From Octopus bimaculoides (lineage: Eukaryota): a stretch of 49,220 bases of DNA. The stretch spans positions 28,934,403 through 28,983,622 of the forward strand of contig NC_069003.1 in assembly GCF_001194135.2 (NCBI RefSeq). The letters are read 5' to 3'. The translations under genes and the position numbers were made by a program. Positions 32,128 to 45,314 of the stretch are shown one piece after another (positions within the stretch are counted from its first letter, which is position 1; each line of letters begins with the position of its first letter). A model generated the notes under the pieces. The model was not told the DNA's origin and made no database searches. It worked only from the letters and a program-made list of their open reading frames with translations.

Positions 32128-34979
32128 CGGAAGTTATATGAGAGTAGCCAATATGACCTGAGTGAACTGTATTTACGTACAGTTGCAAGAACGGAAAATG
32201 CTGCTAGGAAAGGCGTCTTGCCATTGATAATAAGAAATAACCACCATTATTTGGCTGCATATCGTTGTTCCCTTATTGAGACATTTGAAATAATTTCCTT
32301 CCGATGTTTTGACAGTTAATGTCATGTCTCGTGTCGCTCTTGTGGCAAATAATAAACGATTGATAGTCTAATTATTATTTTTTATATTATTGCGCATATT
32401 TTAAGTTAAACTAATGAGTTAATATTTTGAATTATAAATAAGAATATATATAGATCGATATTTTTAAGAAAGTATTTTTCTGAAAGTAATTTAAAATAAA
32501 CGTTATCTATGAGGTACGCTATTGATTTTTGCAGTGTTCTTACAGCTTAATCTGGACTTACTCTTGCTTCTATTACTTAGTATCTTAGTATTTTAAAATA
32601 CAACTATTACTACAACCTCTACCAAAAGTAATAGTACTATTAGAAATTGTCCTCACTATACTATAAGAAAAACTAATTTTCAAACAACTACAAAGTTATC
32701 AACCATAATTTACATTTTTCTTCCTTATTATTTAACTTCTATAAGTTTTATTATTTAGAATCATATTAATATTATAGATTATACAATTTTTGTTCAATTT
32801 ATGTAAAAAAAAATGTATTTGCTTTTTATGTACGGTAATCAAATATTTTACATGTCACCTGTAGCTTGTATGTTGTTGTTATCTCTAAGGCTATGGAAAC
32901 GTATTTATCAGAATTACAGAGTCTTAATCCACGTTGTAATTCGTTAAAGATGTGAGATACGAGTGCAAATTCTGACGAGTAATTTATTTTATTGTTTTCT
33001 GTTTAAATAGTTTTTAACACGCAGCAGTTTTGGGTTCGGTATTCACAAAATTGACAAAAATGTACAGGTATATCAGAGTATATGTAAGTAGTAATGTAGG
33101 TGAGTGAGTTTGTGTGCCAGCATATTTATGAGTGTGTTAGCGTATGTGTGTGCGTATGCCAACGGCTGAATTTACAAACAACCAAAGGAAGTGCTTAATA
33201 AAAAAAATAAAATATCATTATGCATTTTCATTCCAGTGGTATCATGCCTGCTTGGAATTCCCCGAGTACCTTCGCTGAGTGCGTATATATTCATTCTTAA
33301 TTAGTTCTAGTAGATTCTAAAATAAAAAGGAAAACACAATTCTATTTCATTTTTAGAGAACAAGGTCTTTGAATCTTTCTGCGCCATATCATCTTTGGTT
33401 TTCCTCATCACCTTTCCTCCATCCGTTGTCCACTCTATCGTTGATCGTAGGAGATCAGTCCTCCGGCAATAGAAGCATATAACTAGTAAGTCGTATTATG
33501 AATAATGCGAGCGCAGAATCTCTGAAAATTTGAAAGTATTGAATCACGGAATATACAGAAAAAGGTGCAATTAAGCCTGACAAAGTACAGGACAAGAAAA
33601 AAAATAAGAAAAAAGAAAAAACCCATAAATATTGCTGTTGGAGTTATAATGTGCTAAATATATTTCTGATATTACGCATCTATTATCGCGTGCACCGTTT
33701 TGAATATATATATTTGCCTTTGTGCAACATTTTTAAAATCAAGTTAATATTTTTGATGGAAAAATTTCTTTTTTATTAAGCTAAAACATATCTGCCTTGA
33801 TTTTAGTATTTTATTATTTTTTTAAATCTTATTTTCTTAACAAAACACATTATCCAAAATGTTTAATGCACAAATATTGTGTTATAAATTTAAAGTCATG
33901 TAGAGTATATGTAATTCAAAGCAATAAAACATATTTAAAGACAAAAAAAAATGTTTAACTTCTTTAAAATTTGTATTATCAAATAAGAAACTATTTTCTA
34001 GTTACAGTTCGAAAAATATGCAAAAATTGAAAAGCAATGAACAAATTGGGTGTAACACGTTGAAAAATTACTCTGTACGTTTTTGAAACAAACAAATAAA
34101 TTAGGGTTTATAATGGTCAATTTTGCTTAAATGCTAGTATATGATATTCTAAATATATCAATTTATATCAGATTTTTAATATGGAAACTTGCATGCAATT
34201 TGTATTTTCCCTAAAATTGAAAATAAATCGATCCTTGCGTATTTTGATTTAAACTTTAAGTATAAATGAGAAATATAAAAGGACAGTTATTACTATTTTA
34301 GTTATCAAATTTTAACTTCAGCAGTAATATTATATTCATGTACTCGATGCATTATGCTGTTTCTCGTCAACCACGTAATCTGAGAAATTTAGTGATGAAC
34401 TTGCTTCGTTAGAAAAAAGAACTAAATATTAACACAATAGAATATATTTACTATTATTCTTCTTATTCTTCATGTCATCTCATAGTCCACTTTGTAAACT
34501 ATAAGTACGAGTATCTTCTAGTATTATAACACCAACATTCCAGTCAGGATATTTCTTCGTGTCAATTAATATTGAAAGTTCTAATGTTCAATCCCTAGTT
34601 CCCTGAAAATAACTACGAAAGTAAGAAATATATAAATGAATAAAAGACCTGTGAATTCACTTATTTCGTCGTTTAATGCAGACAGAAAGACTGTTTCTAG
34701 ATGCTGCAGTTGCGATATCATCTACTTTAGTCAAACTAATAAGATTAATAAAATATTTCAGGCAAAATTTAATTAAAGACACTAAGCTTTCAGTTTGATT
34801 ATAATCAATTCAATTTTCTGCGAGCTTTCCAAATTAAAAAAAACAAAAAAAAACTTCTCAGACGTAACATAACAGTTGAATTGTAGAATATCTTTCCATA
34901 AGTGAAGATAACACCAACATATGCGGTAATATCTGTTGCTACTATAGGAACAAGGACTGACATTTGTGTGGAAGTGACA

Positions 34980-35139
34980 AGTCGAATACATCGACCTCAG
35001 TGCATGGCAGGTACTTATTTTATTGGCCCCGAAAAGAAAGCTAAAGTCGACCTGAGCAGAATTTGAACTCAGGTGGTAAAGATGGATGAAATGCCCCTAA
35101 GCATGTCCGGTCTGCTAATGATACTCAGCACGCCTCCTT
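34980..35139 (-). mobile_element. CORE-type SINE family A copy
   Basis: GTCGAATACATCGACCTCAGTGC..GGTACTTATTTTATTGGCCCCGAAAAG..AAAGTCGACCTGAGCAGAATTTGAACTCAG..GAAATGCCCCTAAGCAT. Confidence 0.8.
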
Positions 35140-35730
35140 GATATGCAGGTATATTACACGCTAGAATTTATTTATAAAGTAGCGTTGATCAAATAGATGG
35201 TAAAGTGATAAATGGAAAGAAGAAAGTTGTCCACATTGATGGCCTTCCTCAAACCATCCATGAACACCCCTTCGTCATCACTGAAGCCATTACAGTAGAA
35301 GAGTTCTGATCAAAAGGGCAATACTGAGAGAAATCTCATTTACCATGTCCATAGCTATGGTCTTTTCCGCTATAACCCTCCCCAAGAATAAACTATTGCG
35401 TAAGAGAGACGCTGGTAAATGATTGCGCGATCTGCAAGGTATAGCATCCAAATCTTCTTCACCTTAAACAAAGAGAGGTAGATAGAAAAATGTAGTCCTA
35501 AATATACGTTCAAATATAACAATCGATTTTCATGTTTGATTTTCTGTTCAGTTCAGTTTCCTCTGTGGCTGACCGGGTGTAAATGAATAAAGAAATATTA
35601 GATATTTCTTAAATACTAAACCCGTTACACACTAATGGTGTTTCTGATATTTTGTGTACGAATGGCATCTGAAGTCTCATTCACAATTACCTACATTTCA
35701 AAGAATACGTTATATAGTGCAGACGGATTG

Positions 35731-35762
<32 letters not shown>

Positions 35763-35769
35763 CAAATCA

Positions 35770-35923
35770 GGCAGGCGTCTTCATTTGTAAAAATAAAACT
35801 ACTCGTGTAAAATTCGAAGCTGGTATAGGCACATCAGAGCAGATATTTAACGTAGAGACAATTGAGAGCTTAAGACGAAATAACTATTCAGTGAAGGCAA
35901 GAAAAACATCAAATATTAACTAA
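35770..35923 (+). mobile_element. Possible RTE-type reverse transcriptase fragment
   Basis: KFEAGIGTSEQIFNVETIESLRRNN resembles the RT motif GFRxGRGTxDQIFNLRxIxEKxRExN; short and degenerate. Confidence 0.35.
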
Positions 35924-37094
35924 ACATTGCACAGTGGTTCCAAGAAATAGAATTGTTCGGAGAAAAATTTACACTTAGACACAATTTCCGCGTGGAAAAT
36001 AACTTTAGGTAAGTTAATTCTTTTAGTAACTTTGTGAAACATCTGTGATATGTTTCGGTTTTATTTCCCTAAACGTTAAATCATGGACGTCACATTGCAT
36101 CTCGAATTACTTTTATTGATACCTCTATAATATCTGTGGCTACTAGTAATTTGGACAGAGTAAGTATAGATGATTGAGATAATGCATCTATACTTCCTCT
36201 GGTTTCAACTGAGACAAAACCTGAGAAAAAAAAGAAGAAAAATAAAAGCTGACATTATTATACTCATCTATGAAAAGTCGTTCCTTGAGCTTTTTTTTTG
36301 TTGTTGAGTATGGGATTTCTTTCATAATCCGAACGAAGAATTCAATATTGATGATGACTACAAAGACTCCGTCTCCTATCCGAGATCATTTGTTACATAA
36401 GTAATGCGAAAATATGAATCTTTTGAACTAGTAATCTACAGGACTTTATTGAAGCTAGATTCCCGCTGACCTTTGTCGCAATTAATAATGTAATAACTGT
36501 TCAGTTTTTATACAAGTGACATGGTTATTATTTAGCCGCAGCTTCTCTATAACTGTTTAGGCTTTATAATAAAACTGTACAATTTAGTAGCTGAAAACAA
36601 ACTGTAATATGAAAATCAAAGTTTGGAAACCGATCTTTATGAAAGTATGTAATGCTGTCATTTGTTTGTCTGGAGTACGTATTATTTGACGAAGAAGTGT
36701 ATTAAGCAATAATGTTTTCTGATAATCCTATGTAACTCACTGTGGTTAACAGAATTGAATATCTCATTTATCGCATGTCAACATATTGAAATGATTGACA
36801 GACGGAAATTATTTGTGAACAAATTCTCTCAGGTAATAATATGGTGAAGTGACCGATATTAAAATAAATTACTATATCACTAACGCAAACTTCTTCGACA
36901 TCTTTTTTTCTGTGAAAATAATTTTAAATAATGATTTTCCAAAACAACACGAACTAGCTGATATATTATTATCGATAACTCAGCGATCTATTATTAAGCG
37001 TGAATGAATTTGTGAGTACGAGGGAAGGAAAGCTTGTGTGCATGTACATAAGTATTATGTATATATTTAATACACATACACGTATATAAATGTA

Positions 37095-37162
<68 letters not shown>

Positions 37163-38033
37163 CATATCTATATCTATATCTATATNNNNNNNNNNNNNNN
37201 NNNNNNNNNNNNNNNNNNNNNNNNNNNNNNNNNNNNNNNNNNNNNNNNNNNNNNNNNNNNNNNNNNNNNNNNNNNNNNNNNNNNNNNNNNNNNNNNNNNN
37301 NNNNNNNNNNNNNNNNNNNNNNNNNNNNNNNNNNNNNNNNNNNNNNNNNNNNNNNNNNNNNNNNNNNNNNNNNNNNNNNNNNNNNNNNNNNNNNNNNNNN
37401 NNNNNNNNNNNNNNNNNNNNNNNNNNNNNNNNNNNNNNNNNNNNNNNNNNNNNNNNNNNNNNNNNNNNNNNNNNNNNNNNNNNNNNNNNNNNNNNNNNNN
37501 NNNNNNNNNNNNNNNNNNNNNNNNNNNNNNNNNNNNNNNNNNNNNNNNNNNNNNNNNNNNNNNNNNNNNNNNNNNNNNNNNNNNNNNNNNNNNNNNNNNN
37601 NNNNNNNNNNNNNNNNNNNNNNNNNNNNNNNNNNNNNNNNNNNNNNNNNNNNNNNNNNNNNNNNNNNNNNNNNNNNNNNNNNNNNNNNNNNNNNNNNNNN
37701 NNNNNNNNNNNNNNNNNNNNNNNNNNNNNNNNNNNNNNNNNNNNNNNNNNNNNNNNNNNNNNNNNNNNNNNNNNNNNNNNNNNNNNNNNNNNNNNNNNNN
37801 NNNNNNNNNNNNNNNNNNNNNNNNNNNNNNNNNNNNNNNNNNNNNNNNNNNNNNNNNNNNNNNNNNNNNNNNNNNNNTATATATATGCATGTGGGAGAGA
37901 GCGCGCGTGTGTGTGTAGAGAAAGAGAGTGAGAGAGAAACAAGTGAGGAAGCAATGACAATGAATCTTCACAGAATCGCTATAACTCATGAGAAAGAGGG
38001 ACAGACAGAGAAGGAGAGAGAGAAAGGGAGAAT

Positions 38034-38085
<52 letters not shown>

Positions 38086-38096
38086 CATAGATAGAT
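37095..38096. repeat. (TATC)n left of gap 37186-37877 and (GATA)n at 38034-38096
   Basis: Direct reading; same tetranucleotide family in opposite orientations. Confidence 0.9.
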
Positions 38097-38696
38097 ATTT
38101 TCAATATTCTTACATCCAAAACAATGCAAGTTATATAAACTAATAATTACATTATGATGTGGTGTCGTTCCAATATTTAGAAAATCTATGCAGTAAAAAT
38201 GTTGATGGCGGATTACTCTATTCAATATTGTGTGGGATTATCAAAAGTTTTCTTTTGTGTTGCGACAATATCCAACCAGATGAGTGCAATTTAGATATGC
38301 TATTATTTCGCTTTAAGTAGTTAATTAAATTAGCTTTATTTAATCATTCTAGATCCCACATTCTCATTCATATAAAAATCTACGTTCAGAGAATCTTATA
38401 TAATACTACATTCAGACAAAGAGGGCGATTTCTGTGGTAAACATAATAAATACGACGAATTGGCATTCGAGCATCTACGCAACACTAGGCTGTATGAAGG
38501 TATATATAACGTCACAACTCAAACGTACTTGCTGGGCCAGCATCTGTAAAAAGCGGCGACTCGGGCAAAATTAAACTCAATTTCATAACAAGAGTCAACG
38601 TATTTCTCCCTTCTATCACCTCATACAATCACATAAACCGAGATGAAATTTTAAAGTTAGATATACTGTCTCAGTATTGTCTGACTCATTTACAAC

Positions 38697-38781
38697 ATCT
38701 ATCTATCTATCTATCTATCATCTACACCGATACAGACACACACTCACACACAAACCCACACACACATACACACACATACAT

Positions 38782-38836
<55 letters not shown>
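38697..38836. repeat. Compound microsatellite (TCTA)n-(CA)n-(TA)n
   Basis: Direct reading. Confidence 0.9.
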
Positions 38837-38837
<1 letters not shown>

Positions 38838-38840
38838 GAC

Positions 38841-38980
38841 CAACCGTCCGAGTTCTTTTACGGGGCTTAAATAAACTGAAGGAGCGATGCAATAAGTTTG
38901 TGAATTTGAGAATGGGATATGTAAATAAATAATCAACTGATCCTCCTGTATTTTCTATTCCCGAAAGCCAGAAGGTTTTC
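38841..38980 (+). mobile_element. Mariner transposase C-terminal remnant and 3' subterminal region
   Basis: QPSEFF/LRGLNKLKERCNKFVNLRMGYVNK* (stop 38930-32) matches the mariner ending FFxxGxxKLxxRWxKCVxxxGxYVEK*; truncated by gap 38981. Confidence 0.7.
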
Positions 38981-39228
38981 NNNNNNNNNNNNNNNNNNNN
39001 NNNNNNNNNNNNNNNNNNNNNNNNNNNNNNNNNNNNNNNNNNNNNNNNNNNNNNNNNNNNNNNNNNNNNNNNNNNNNNNNNNNNNNNNNNNNNNNNNNNN
39101 NNNNNNNNNNNNNNNNNNNNNNNNNNNNNNNNNNNNNNNNNNNNNNNNNNNNNNNNNNNNNNNNNNNNNNNNNNNNNNNNNNNNNNNNNNNNNNNNNNNN
39201 NNNNNNNNNNNNNNNNNNNNNNNNNNNN

Positions 39229-39273
39229 TATATATGTATGTATGTACGTATATATGTATGCATGTATGTTTAT

Positions 39274-39325
<52 letters not shown>
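39229..39325. repeat. (TATG)n-(GA)n microsatellite
   Basis: Direct reading. Confidence 0.9.
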
Positions 39326-39328
<3 letters not shown>

Positions 39329-39950
39329 CAGAGAGTAAGAAAAAGAGAGATAAGATCAAGGATGCCAATGTGTAGTACAATTATAGTTCACCCAACCGAG
39401 ATATTTAATCAGTGAGAATGCACATCGGCTCAACAGGTAATTTCTGCTTAGACTTTCGGTCTATTATTTCAGATAAATTAAATTCGAAAATATGAATGGC
39501 ATTTGAAACTTAGAAATTTATTACCTGGTAACGAAAACGAATTTTTGAGAAAAAGTCGTAAATTTAGTTTTGCCTGAATGTAATCACAGTGAGTTAAAAT
39601 TGCAAACAATGGAATATTTAGAGAGCGATGATAAAAAAACAAAAAAGCAAAAAAAAACAAACAAGCACACTCTGTTTTATCATGAAGCAAAAAAGAATTG
39701 AATTGAAACCTTTCAAATTCTGAGCTGAGCTAATTTACAAGAGTTTAGAACATTTAAAGATAATTTATTATAAAGAATAACAACTTTCTCTAAAATAAAT
39801 TAGGAACATTAAAAAGACAGCATATAAAAAATACAGGTAACATCCATTATTATTGTACTACAAGGAAGAGTTATTAGAATCAAATAATATTTCGAATTAG
39901 AAGGATACGAAAAGAAAGCCTTTGTAAAGGCACAAAAGGAAGGGAAGCAG

Positions 39951-39952
<2 letters not shown>

Positions 39953-40009
<57 letters not shown>

Positions 40010-40024
40010 CACACATACACATAC
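39953..40024. repeat. (CA)n microsatellite
   Basis: Direct reading. Confidence 0.95.
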
Positions 40025-42767
40025 ATGTCATCTTGTATGAATTAGAGTTGTTCGATAATCAGAATTCTGGTTTTATTATATCCTATTTCACAGTGGGAAG
40101 AACAATTGAAGAATGAGAAATATAATTAAAAACCATGTAAACAATTAGATTTTGTATTAATTAATCATTGCAGATTGATTACTTGGAAACATAAAACAAT
40201 GCTATTCAGTTTGTTGTACAGCGTTTTACATTGTACCTTTATTATAAATTAATAGATCATCTCTTTAAGATAAGGGGTTGCTGAGTTTTGTGCGTTTTGG
40301 GAGGTTATCTTAGTCCATTAATGATGACTGATTTTTCATATGTGAGAAGTCGCAGAGTAAAAGAGAAAATTATCAAATCCCTCTGTGTCTACAGTCATTT
40401 TACTGCTGCAAAAATAATTTAATTCTACAAATGCATGCATGTATGAGAGATTTTAGTCTGAATTGTAAGTCAAGCTGTTACATTGTGCGCTAATGTAGTT
40501 AGTTATGGTAGCGTAGGAATTTGATTAGATGGTAATCCAGCAATGATCATCGCACCTGTTCCTGTACCACACTCTGAATATGTACAGCTTCATTTAAGAC
40601 AGCCACCTGTGATTTGAAAGGGATTTAGCTGCTATATCTAGTAGACAGATGTGTGCATAAAGCAAATATAGGGAAAGGGTTTTAGTAACAAGTGTGAAGA
40701 ACATTTTATTCCTATAAGAATCTGTGAGAAAATTCCAAGAAAAGTAACTTATACATAATTTCATAGCAACATAATTATTTTACATTACGCAATATTAAAA
40801 TCACATAAAGCAATAATTAACCATACAGTAATTTTGCCTTTATCTACTGAAGCAACATATATTACAGTACAATGTTGTTTTGAATATAATGAAACTTCTA
40901 AAATTTCACCTCAAGGAAAATTGTCATTCTGATTTGTTTACCAAAGCTAAATGTTGTTAGGTGTGTTTGATAAAGCAGCAATTCTTAAATGGATTGCTAG
41001 ACTTTTGTCCGTAAGTCTAGCACGTAAATTAATCCTGTTTAAAATTAAATGCTAAGAGAATATATTTCACACCTGTAAGTAGTATGAAACGCTAATGTAA
41101 CTTTCTACGATAGATTCATCAAAAGTGGTAAGATTTTAAATGTCTTGAAGATACGATGAAAAGGATTTATACTATTCCAAAATAGATAAGTTATTATATT
41201 TAGATATCGAAGTAATTTGTGCATAATTTAATTTAGATTATCTGGCTGTAAGTGAACTATCTAAAGTTATAAGGTATCAGGAGCTGTATCAAAACAAGTA
41301 ACTCATAGCCGTTGTTTGAACTTACGGGTTTGTAAATCTCAAAACCGCTTTTGAAATTAAGCCAAATTATTGGAACGCTCAACAAGTTTCTACACCATCA
41401 ATTTTGTTAATTCGATTCCAAATGCTGGAAACTGTAATATGTTGCTTTCATTTTATTTGAGTTATGAATAAGATCAGTACTGATTGAAAATGCCTGATAT
41501 TGAAAGGAAAGCAGATAGCTAGCTGATATGAATTTTATAATTTGTAGCTGAGAAACATTATTTAGTTACTAAAAATCACCATGGGGGTCATATCTTATAT
41601 TGAGTTTCCGTAAACATAATGCATACCTGATATATCTTTAACATCCAGCCTTTCCTTTCACTTTTAATATTATAGTCACATTTAGACCAAATCCTTTTTC
41701 CCTAGTGACCAAAACGTTTTACAGTATAATAATATTCACTATGTTCCTTATTGATGCTCTTTATAATACTTTTCAGTACACTGTTGTACATTCACTTATA
41801 TTTTGTGCAGACGATACATTCAGTTACCGATTTCATTACAATGTTCATTCATAGAAAACGCTTATATACATTTTATTGCTCAATCAGACAACAATGCATT
41901 GTTGAGGTTTTAAAATAACATTCTGCCAATTCTTTTTTTCAATAAAGACATCACACTTTTTTCGCTTATGTTTGGAAATCCTGTTCTGATAATTTGATCT
42001 CAGAAAAATGTTCTTTATCTCATATATACCCATGTTTCAGTTTCAACCCATGTTTGTATTATAAATTTGTTATTATCTCTCGTATAAATACCCGTGGAGA
42101 ACTTAGAATTATGCAATATAATCACTCATGGCTATCGTATTTTCTTTAATAGCAATAAGATACAATTACTACGCACATAAAAAGGCACAAGATTTTACCC
42201 CCCCAAAGTGGAACAATATACTGCTTATCCACTAAATGAACTTTGTCAACTTAAGCTGCATACATCATAATGATTAAGTACCCTCTTCGAGTCCAGTCTA
42301 TATTTCATACCTCACAATAACATTTTTCAACAAGCGTAAAGTGAAAGCCCTAATAAAATACTTTCTCGCATATAAGTCTCCATTACTGCTATATTTACTT
42401 TCCGTGTAACCCTATCAAAAGAGGGCCACCCAAATGGCTGACATTAATTTACTCGCCAGCGCTTTTCAAACTCTGAGTCGCAAATGTCCTTTCTCGTATG
42501 TTATTTCTACTAACGTTACTGTGGTTTTCCTTTGAATATGATCTGTTTCAAACAACCGCTCCTGAATCACACGTCACACCGTTTTACATCACTCATATTG
42601 TGTACATCGCAAAATCTAGTGCGCATGAATTCTTGACATTAATTTTGAATCACATTTGAGAAACATTAACCACGTCAATTTTCTCTCTAAACTAAGTAAC
42701 TTCAAATAAGAAAAACTGTAATACCTTAATCATATGTGCTAACACAGCTTTTTCAGGAACTGTACAC

Positions 42768-42814
42768 AAGGCGGTGTCCCAGCACGGCCACAGACGAATG
42801 ACTGAAGTACGTAA
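42768..42814 (+). mobile_element. Isolated 3' tail of SINE family B
   Basis: AAGGCGGTGTCCCAGCACGGCCACAGACGAATGACTGAAGTACGTAA vs tail at 23730-23776. Confidence 0.65.
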
Positions 42815-44429
42815 CGGGTAAATGGTATATATGCAAACGTGTATACACAGGGGCGCCCACTTTCTCATATAGTTTCATTTATAGAATCAAAATTCTGTTT
42901 CTTATAAACAAGAATTTTCCAACAGTATTACTTTCCTCAAGACGTTCGTATCGCTGCAGCTACACACACTTTAACAAACTTGCATTCGATGTGTAGGTTT
43001 ACTCTCTTTGCATTTAGCTCACTTCATTACGTGATTCAACGTAAGCATGTTATACGTTGTTTTAAGCCAGTTATGACATTTATGAAAATACATAATTACC
43101 TACATAAATCTGTTTTGAAAATATATTGCTATCAGGAGAAAGCTGTTTTAAAAAGTTAATTCCTTGCTTGTTGAAACGGAAAACCGCTTCCTATTTCTGA
43201 TATTGAGTTTCTTTAGCCAAAGAATGGAATTCGCATCATACTCTTTTCTAAACTGCATACGAATACTTACAAACAACACGCATACACACACATTTATATT
43301 TACTTGTAGGAAAAAATAATTACAAGCCCATTTTCCATCGAACAAAGAAGAATCGTAAGCAACTATTTTTTCCATACGACCAACCAGCCAATAGCAGAAG
43401 CGCTTACCTTTATGCACTTAACAATACCAATTTAAAATCATAAGACGAAAATAGACAATTGACCAGTGAATGCTATCAGTATTCATAACCATTACACGTA
43501 ATTTGTAATGACGCAGTCGATAAGCAACCATGATAAAACTTGCATTTACAGCACCTATTCATCACTAATAACTACTCTTGATGATATACAATAAAAAACT
43601 TGCTGACATGTTTTTTTTGTTTTGTTTTTTTCTTTTGTTTTGTTTTTTCTTTCCGTCGTGGAAAGGTAGACATTCTCAATGTTAATCGGATGTAATCAGT
43701 TACGTCTCGCAGGAGAAACAGTACAGCTAATGGAAACTGGATTGTTTGCTTTTTGGGGGAGGTGGGGGTGTTGCATTGACAAGAGAAACGAAATTATAAT
43801 AAATGGCGGTTTTGGTCTTACTGCTTATATAATTTTGCTTTATAATTTCATAGCAAAATCATCTTTGGATATTAAACAATATTAAATAAAATGCTGCAAG
43901 ATATTAATTAATCACATAGCTATTTTAATTTCAATTACTAAAACAACAATGATGTCGCAATATAGTGGATGTTTTTAATATAACATTTTCTCCATTTTCT
44001 CTCGAGAAAAATATTAATTCTGGTTTGTTTTGTTTTATAAGCTCTTGGTTGTTAGATGTGATTGATGATGCGGCAAGTCTTAATTGGATTGCTTGACTAT
44101 TGTCCATATGTGTAGCACATAAATTATTCTTGCTTAAATTTCGTGCTGTAAAAAATATTTACATCAGTAAATTAAGAAATACTGATATCTTTATAGAAAC
44201 ACTCGTATCAAATGATTAGATACGAAAGTACTTTAGTGGTTGGTTGGTTTTATATTTGAAGGTGAGAGAGGGGCTCCAACGTATAGCAGAGTTCAATCTT
44301 TATTTGGCTGGTAACAATAAAGTATACTGTAACAATATTCTTGCACACACTCTTAGAAGCATTATAAAAATACAGGTTTAAGAATAAAAATTTTAATAAT
44401 GAATTTATTTTTCTGTTGAACTCATTTTT

Positions 44430-44600
44430 TTTCTTGGGCCTTAGGATTCTATGGCGGGTAAGTGACTGAGGCCACACCATTCCCCAGACTCAATTTGAAT
44501 GAGAAGTCGGTCAGTTGTAGCGTTCAAGGTCAGCGATGTTTCAGCGGAGGGGGACAAATCGACAATATCCACCCGAGGACTGGACTGATACACGTGTACG
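44430..44600 (-). mobile_element. 5'-truncated CORE-type SINE variant with distinct tail
   Basis: Minus strand GTATCAGTCCAGTCCTCGGGTGGATATTGTCGATTTGTCCCCCTCC...GGTGTGGCCTCAGTCACTTACCCGCCAT...CCCAAGAA. Confidence 0.55.
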
Positions 44601-44644
44601 TATAATAATTGCATTAATATATCTGTTATTATGCGGAAATGCAG

Positions 44645-44882
44645 TCTTTTTCTTGAGCCATGGCGGGTAAGTAACCGAGGCCACAACATTTTCCCTACGT
44701 TGAACGGAACGCTGGCCCGTTGTGAGGTTGAAGGCCAATAATTTGTACGTGATTGATACTTTCTTGCAAAGATGTGAGGAAAAGTTGACCTCGGCTTGAT
44801 TTGAAATTAGATCGTAGAGTGCTGGAGGAACTGTTTGTAAGCACTTTGTCCGGTTTTGCAAATAATTCTACCAACTCAGCGA
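44645..44882 (-). mobile_element. Diverged family A-headed SINE with the same distinct tail
   Basis: Minus strand GCTGAGTTGGTAGAATT...AATTTCAAATCAAGCCGAGGTCAACTTT...GTTGTGGCCTCGGTTACTTACCCGCCATGGCTCAAGAA. Confidence 0.6.
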
Positions 44883-44925
44883 TTTGCTGCTATATTGTTC
44901 AAAGGTGTACTACGACAATACAATA

Positions 44926-45314
44926 AGGCGCAGTGGCCCACTGATTAGGGCAGCTGACTCGCGGTCCTGTGATCACGGTTTCGATTCCCAGACCGGGCGT
45001 TGTGAGTGTTTACTTAAAGAAAACACTTAACGTACCACGAGGCTCCGGCAGGGGGTGGTGGTGGTGGCGAACCCTGCTGTACTCTTTCACCACAACTTTC
45101 TCTCACTCTTTCTTCCTGTTTTTGTTGTACCTATATTTCAAAGGGGCCAGTTTTGTCACACACTGTATCACGCTGAAACTCCCCGAGAACTACGTTAATG
45201 GTACACGTATCTGTGGAATGCTCAGCCACTTGCACGTTAATTTCACGAGTAGTCTGTTCCGTTGATGGGATCAACTGGAACCTTCGTCGTCGTAACCGAC
45301 GGAGTGCCACGACG
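44926..45314 (+). mobile_element. Full-length tRNA-derived SINE (family D; Deu/Nin-domain-like) with probable TSD
   Basis: A-box-like TGGCCCACTGA and B-box-like GGTTTCGATTCC; central CTGTGGAATGCTCAGCCACTTGCACGTTAATTTCACGAG; tail GGAACCTTCGTCGTCGTAACCGACGGAGTGCC(ACG)n. Flanks ACGACAATACAAT (44912-24) and ACGATAATACATT (45315-27) match 11/13. Domain name is from recall. Confidence 0.85.

Noticed and set aside
32086-32316. About 77-codon stop-free frame, and a similar 64-codon frame from 47274
   Set aside because: No ATG, no splice support and no recognisable motif; such lengths are expected many times in six frames of 45 kb.
35935-36008. Apparent exon WFQEIELFGEKFTLRHNFRVENNF ending at AG|GTAAGT
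   Set aside because: Weak acceptor, bounded by stops, and directly follows a probable RTE RT fragment; more likely decayed LINE or chance.
44431-44695. Repeat-spacer-repeat pattern reminiscent of CRISPR
   Set aside because: Only two imperfect copies with a 209-bp period in eukaryotic DNA and no cas genes; explained as two SINE tails.
44926-44995. tRNA gene (also the heads at 11121 and 18809)
   Set aside because: A/B boxes are present but run into SINE bodies; no convincing cloverleaf or oligo-T terminator.
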